This document shows, piece after piece, positions 63,161 through 64,000 of a stretch of DNA of 64,000 nucleotides. Positions within the stretch are counted from its first letter, which is position 1; every line of letters begins with the position of its first letter. Position numbers and translations under genes: made by a program. Origin of the DNA: Bacillota bacterium (GTDB lineage Bacteria; Bacillota; Clostridia; Saccharofermentanales; Saccharofermentanaceae); the NCBI GenBank assembly GCA_023397475.1, contig JAEWUD010000047.1, positions 3,543 through 67,542 of the forward strand, given 5' to 3'. The notes beneath the pieces are model-generated. The model ran no database searches. It saw nothing but the letters and a program-made list of their open reading frames with translations, and was not told the DNA's origin.

Positions 63161-64000
63161 ATGCTGAAACGACTGACCTTCTTCTTTGTTGTCCTCGTAC
63201 TTCTGGCCGTCTCGGCAACGGGACTGGCGTATCTGTATTTCCTTTCGCAGTACTCCGATACAATGAACGAGCGAATACTGGGATCAGCAAGCGAGTTATT
63301 TGTACACGATGTGTCATCGGGGGACTCCTATGAAGACGCCAGTATTTCTGTGCGCGATATTTTCAATACAGAAGGACAGGCGATTCGCATCACGGTCATC
63401 GATCCGGACGGAACCGTCTTGTATGACAACGAAGAAAATGCGGCGTTGATGGAGAATCACGCGGGTCGATCGGAAGTAAGACAGGCGATAGAAACCATGT
63501 CTACCGCGACGACGAAGCGTCACAGCTCCACCCTTGACTCCGATATGCTCTATATGGCCCGGTATTATCCGGATCTCGGTCTTGTCGTCCGCACGGCGAT
63601 ACCACTCATCCTGTACCAGGCCGGCGTACGGCAGATGCAGGCAACTTTTCTGATGGTGATGATTGTAACGCTCCTTCTGCTTGGCGTTGTCAGTTTCTTT
63701 TCGGCACGCAGGATTACGCGCCCTCTGATCGAGCTTCGCAATGCGGCGAAGACAATGTCTGACGGCAAGTACTCCATTCGGGTACAAGTCACAAGTAACG
63801 ATGAGATCGGAGCCTTGTCGACGGCATTCAACAGCATGGCGGATCAGTTGGAGAAGGAAGTCCACGAACTGGAAGAGAAGAATATCAAGCTTGCAGAGCT
63901 TCAGGACATGCGCTCGGAATTTGTCGCGAATGTATCGCATGAACTTAAGACCCCCCTGACCTCGATTCGGGGATTTGTCGATACCCTTCGAAACGGGAAT
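63161..64000 (+). CDS. phoR: Phosphate-sensing histidine kinase PhoR (5' part; continues beyond the window)
   Basis: Frame open from ATG 63161 to the window end. TM, extracytoplasmic domain, TM, HAMP ([18 protein letters not shown]...[12 protein letters not shown]) and H-box [16 protein letters not shown]. Confidence 0.88.
   Translation, partial: MLKRLTFFFVVLVLLAVSATGLAYLYFLSQYSDTMNERILGSASELFVHDVSSGDSYEDASISVRDIFNTEGQAIRITVIDPDGTVLYDNEENAALMENHAGRSEVRQAIETMSTATTKRHSSTLDSDMLYMARYYPDLGLVVRTAIPLILYQAGVRQMQATFLMVMIVTLLLLGVVSFFSARRITRPLIELRNAAKTMSDGKYSIRVQVTSNDEIGALSTAFNSMADQLEKEVHELEEKNIKLAELQDMRSEFVANVSHELKTPLTSIRGFVDTLRNGN

Overview
About 64 kb of chromosomal, mostly housekeeping DNA. Gene content (long-form HPF, PcrA, ECF-type ThiT behind a TPP riboswitch, PadR/DUF4097 triads, a cohesin-domain surface protein) and AGGAGG-type ribosome binding sites point to a Firmicutes, Clostridia-like bacterium. 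I call about 58 CDS, including gap, hpf, pcrA, dgt, folC, thrC, prfC, malQ, glpK, guaB, greA, lysS and a complete pstSCAB-phoU-phoP-phoR block running into the window edge. I also call one tRNA-Ser(CGA), one TPP riboswitch, several intrinsic terminators and some tentative sigma-A promoters. I see no CRISPR array, cas gene, integrase, transposase, phage gene or recognisable defence operon. The unusual content is non-coding. A family of hairpin-forming tandem repeats with an exact 75-bp period fills three long intergenic regions (1381-1680, 5290-5737, 38542-39196). Degenerate relatives lie at 3455-3550 and 4884-5105, and a separate 35-bp array lies at 39548-39672. Stem arms differ between loci by paired (compensatory) substitutions while the loops vary. 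I do not recognise the family. It behaves like a REP/BIME-type element or a structured RNA array rather than CRISPR. Smaller oddities include a frameshifted and stop-interrupted Ntn-hydrolase gene, a relic of a lipoprotein gene 3' end next to one repeat array, a 104-nt nested-hairpin terminator, and unusual extensions in PstC, ThiT and the PhoP linker. All protein family calls are by-eye motif recognition and not database searches. Start codons were chosen by RBS inspection and may be off.
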